From Octopus vulgaris (lineage: Eukaryota), in NCBI GenBank assembly GCA_951406725.2, contig OX597814.1, forward strand, positions 173,476,001 through 173,540,000: 64,000 bases of DNA. The letters run 5' to 3'. Position numbers and translations under genes: made by a program. The notes under the pieces are model-generated. The model was given only the letters and a program-made list of their open reading frames with translations, ran no database searches and was not told the origin of the DNA. This document shows positions 63,432-64,000 of the stretch, one piece after another. How positions within the stretch are numbered: the first letter of the stretch is position 1; each line of letters opens with the position of its first letter.

Positions 63432-64000
63432 GTGATGGTGATGATGATGATGATGATGAGGAGGAGGAGGAGGAGGATGTTTGCCAAGGTGGTGAATGGG
63501 AGATGGTTGGTCTAGATATTGGTTGTTGGCAGTGGTAGAAGACGGCAACAAAATAATTAACTATTAAATAAATAAATAAATAAATAAATGACAACATATT
63601 TTCGGCTATGCAACTTACCCACCACTACCTTCGACCTCACCTCGCACTCCCGTCCGGAATCCCACTGCCATCGTTTCAACCCCGCCCCTCAAACCTCTTT
63701 CAAAAATCTCAAACAGAAACATTATAATTATCTCTGTTGTGATGCCTTTTTCGCTGTGTTAATGATCTCTGAATGTGGCAGCAAGCTGTGGCAAAGGTAA
63801 GAATAAACTGAAAAGGGAGGGTAAGGAGAGGAGGTGGGGTAGGGTGGGGGGTGGATGGGGTGGGGGTGGAGCGGCACGGGGGTGGGAGGGGGGTCGAGCA
63901 AGAGTTATCTACCATTAGTGTTTGTTTATTGATATGGGTGTGTGCTTGTGTGTGTGTGTTTGTATGTGTGTGTGTGTGTGTGTGTGTGTTTCAAATAATT

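Overview
AT-rich, extremely microsatellite-dense eukaryotic DNA made almost entirely of nested transposable elements. The SINE families and simple-repeat density resemble octopus/cephalopod intergenic or intronic sequence (inference from recall, not a database search). No host protein-coding gene can be supported, and nearly all ORFs in the supplied track are translations of simple repeats. Main content: (1) a young, near-intact Neptune-type Penelope-like retroelement (RT + GIY-YIG, 14657-20560, minus strand) in partial-tandem pLTR form. Each pLTR carries a minimal hammerhead-ribozyme motif with a non-canonical core, and the element sits in the (AT)n tract of a SINE that itself interrupts a Ty3/Gypsy element. 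(2) Several more hammerhead-like motifs in unrelated short elements, mostly (AT)n-flanked, two of them with inverted ends. (3) A near-complete 5.8S rRNA copy fused to a SINE dimer inside one 10-bp target-site duplication (TSD). (4) Evidence that a tRNA-derived SINE repeatedly inserts into heads of its own family, building ~184-bp-period arrays. (5) An ORF1-only L1/Tx1-like element, a GG-ended MITE with a 550-bp internal palindrome, and Helitron, hAT, Tigger, mariner, R4/Dong and RTE relics. (6) A 5.1-kb purine-only GAA tract and two CRE-rich candidate regulatory islands.
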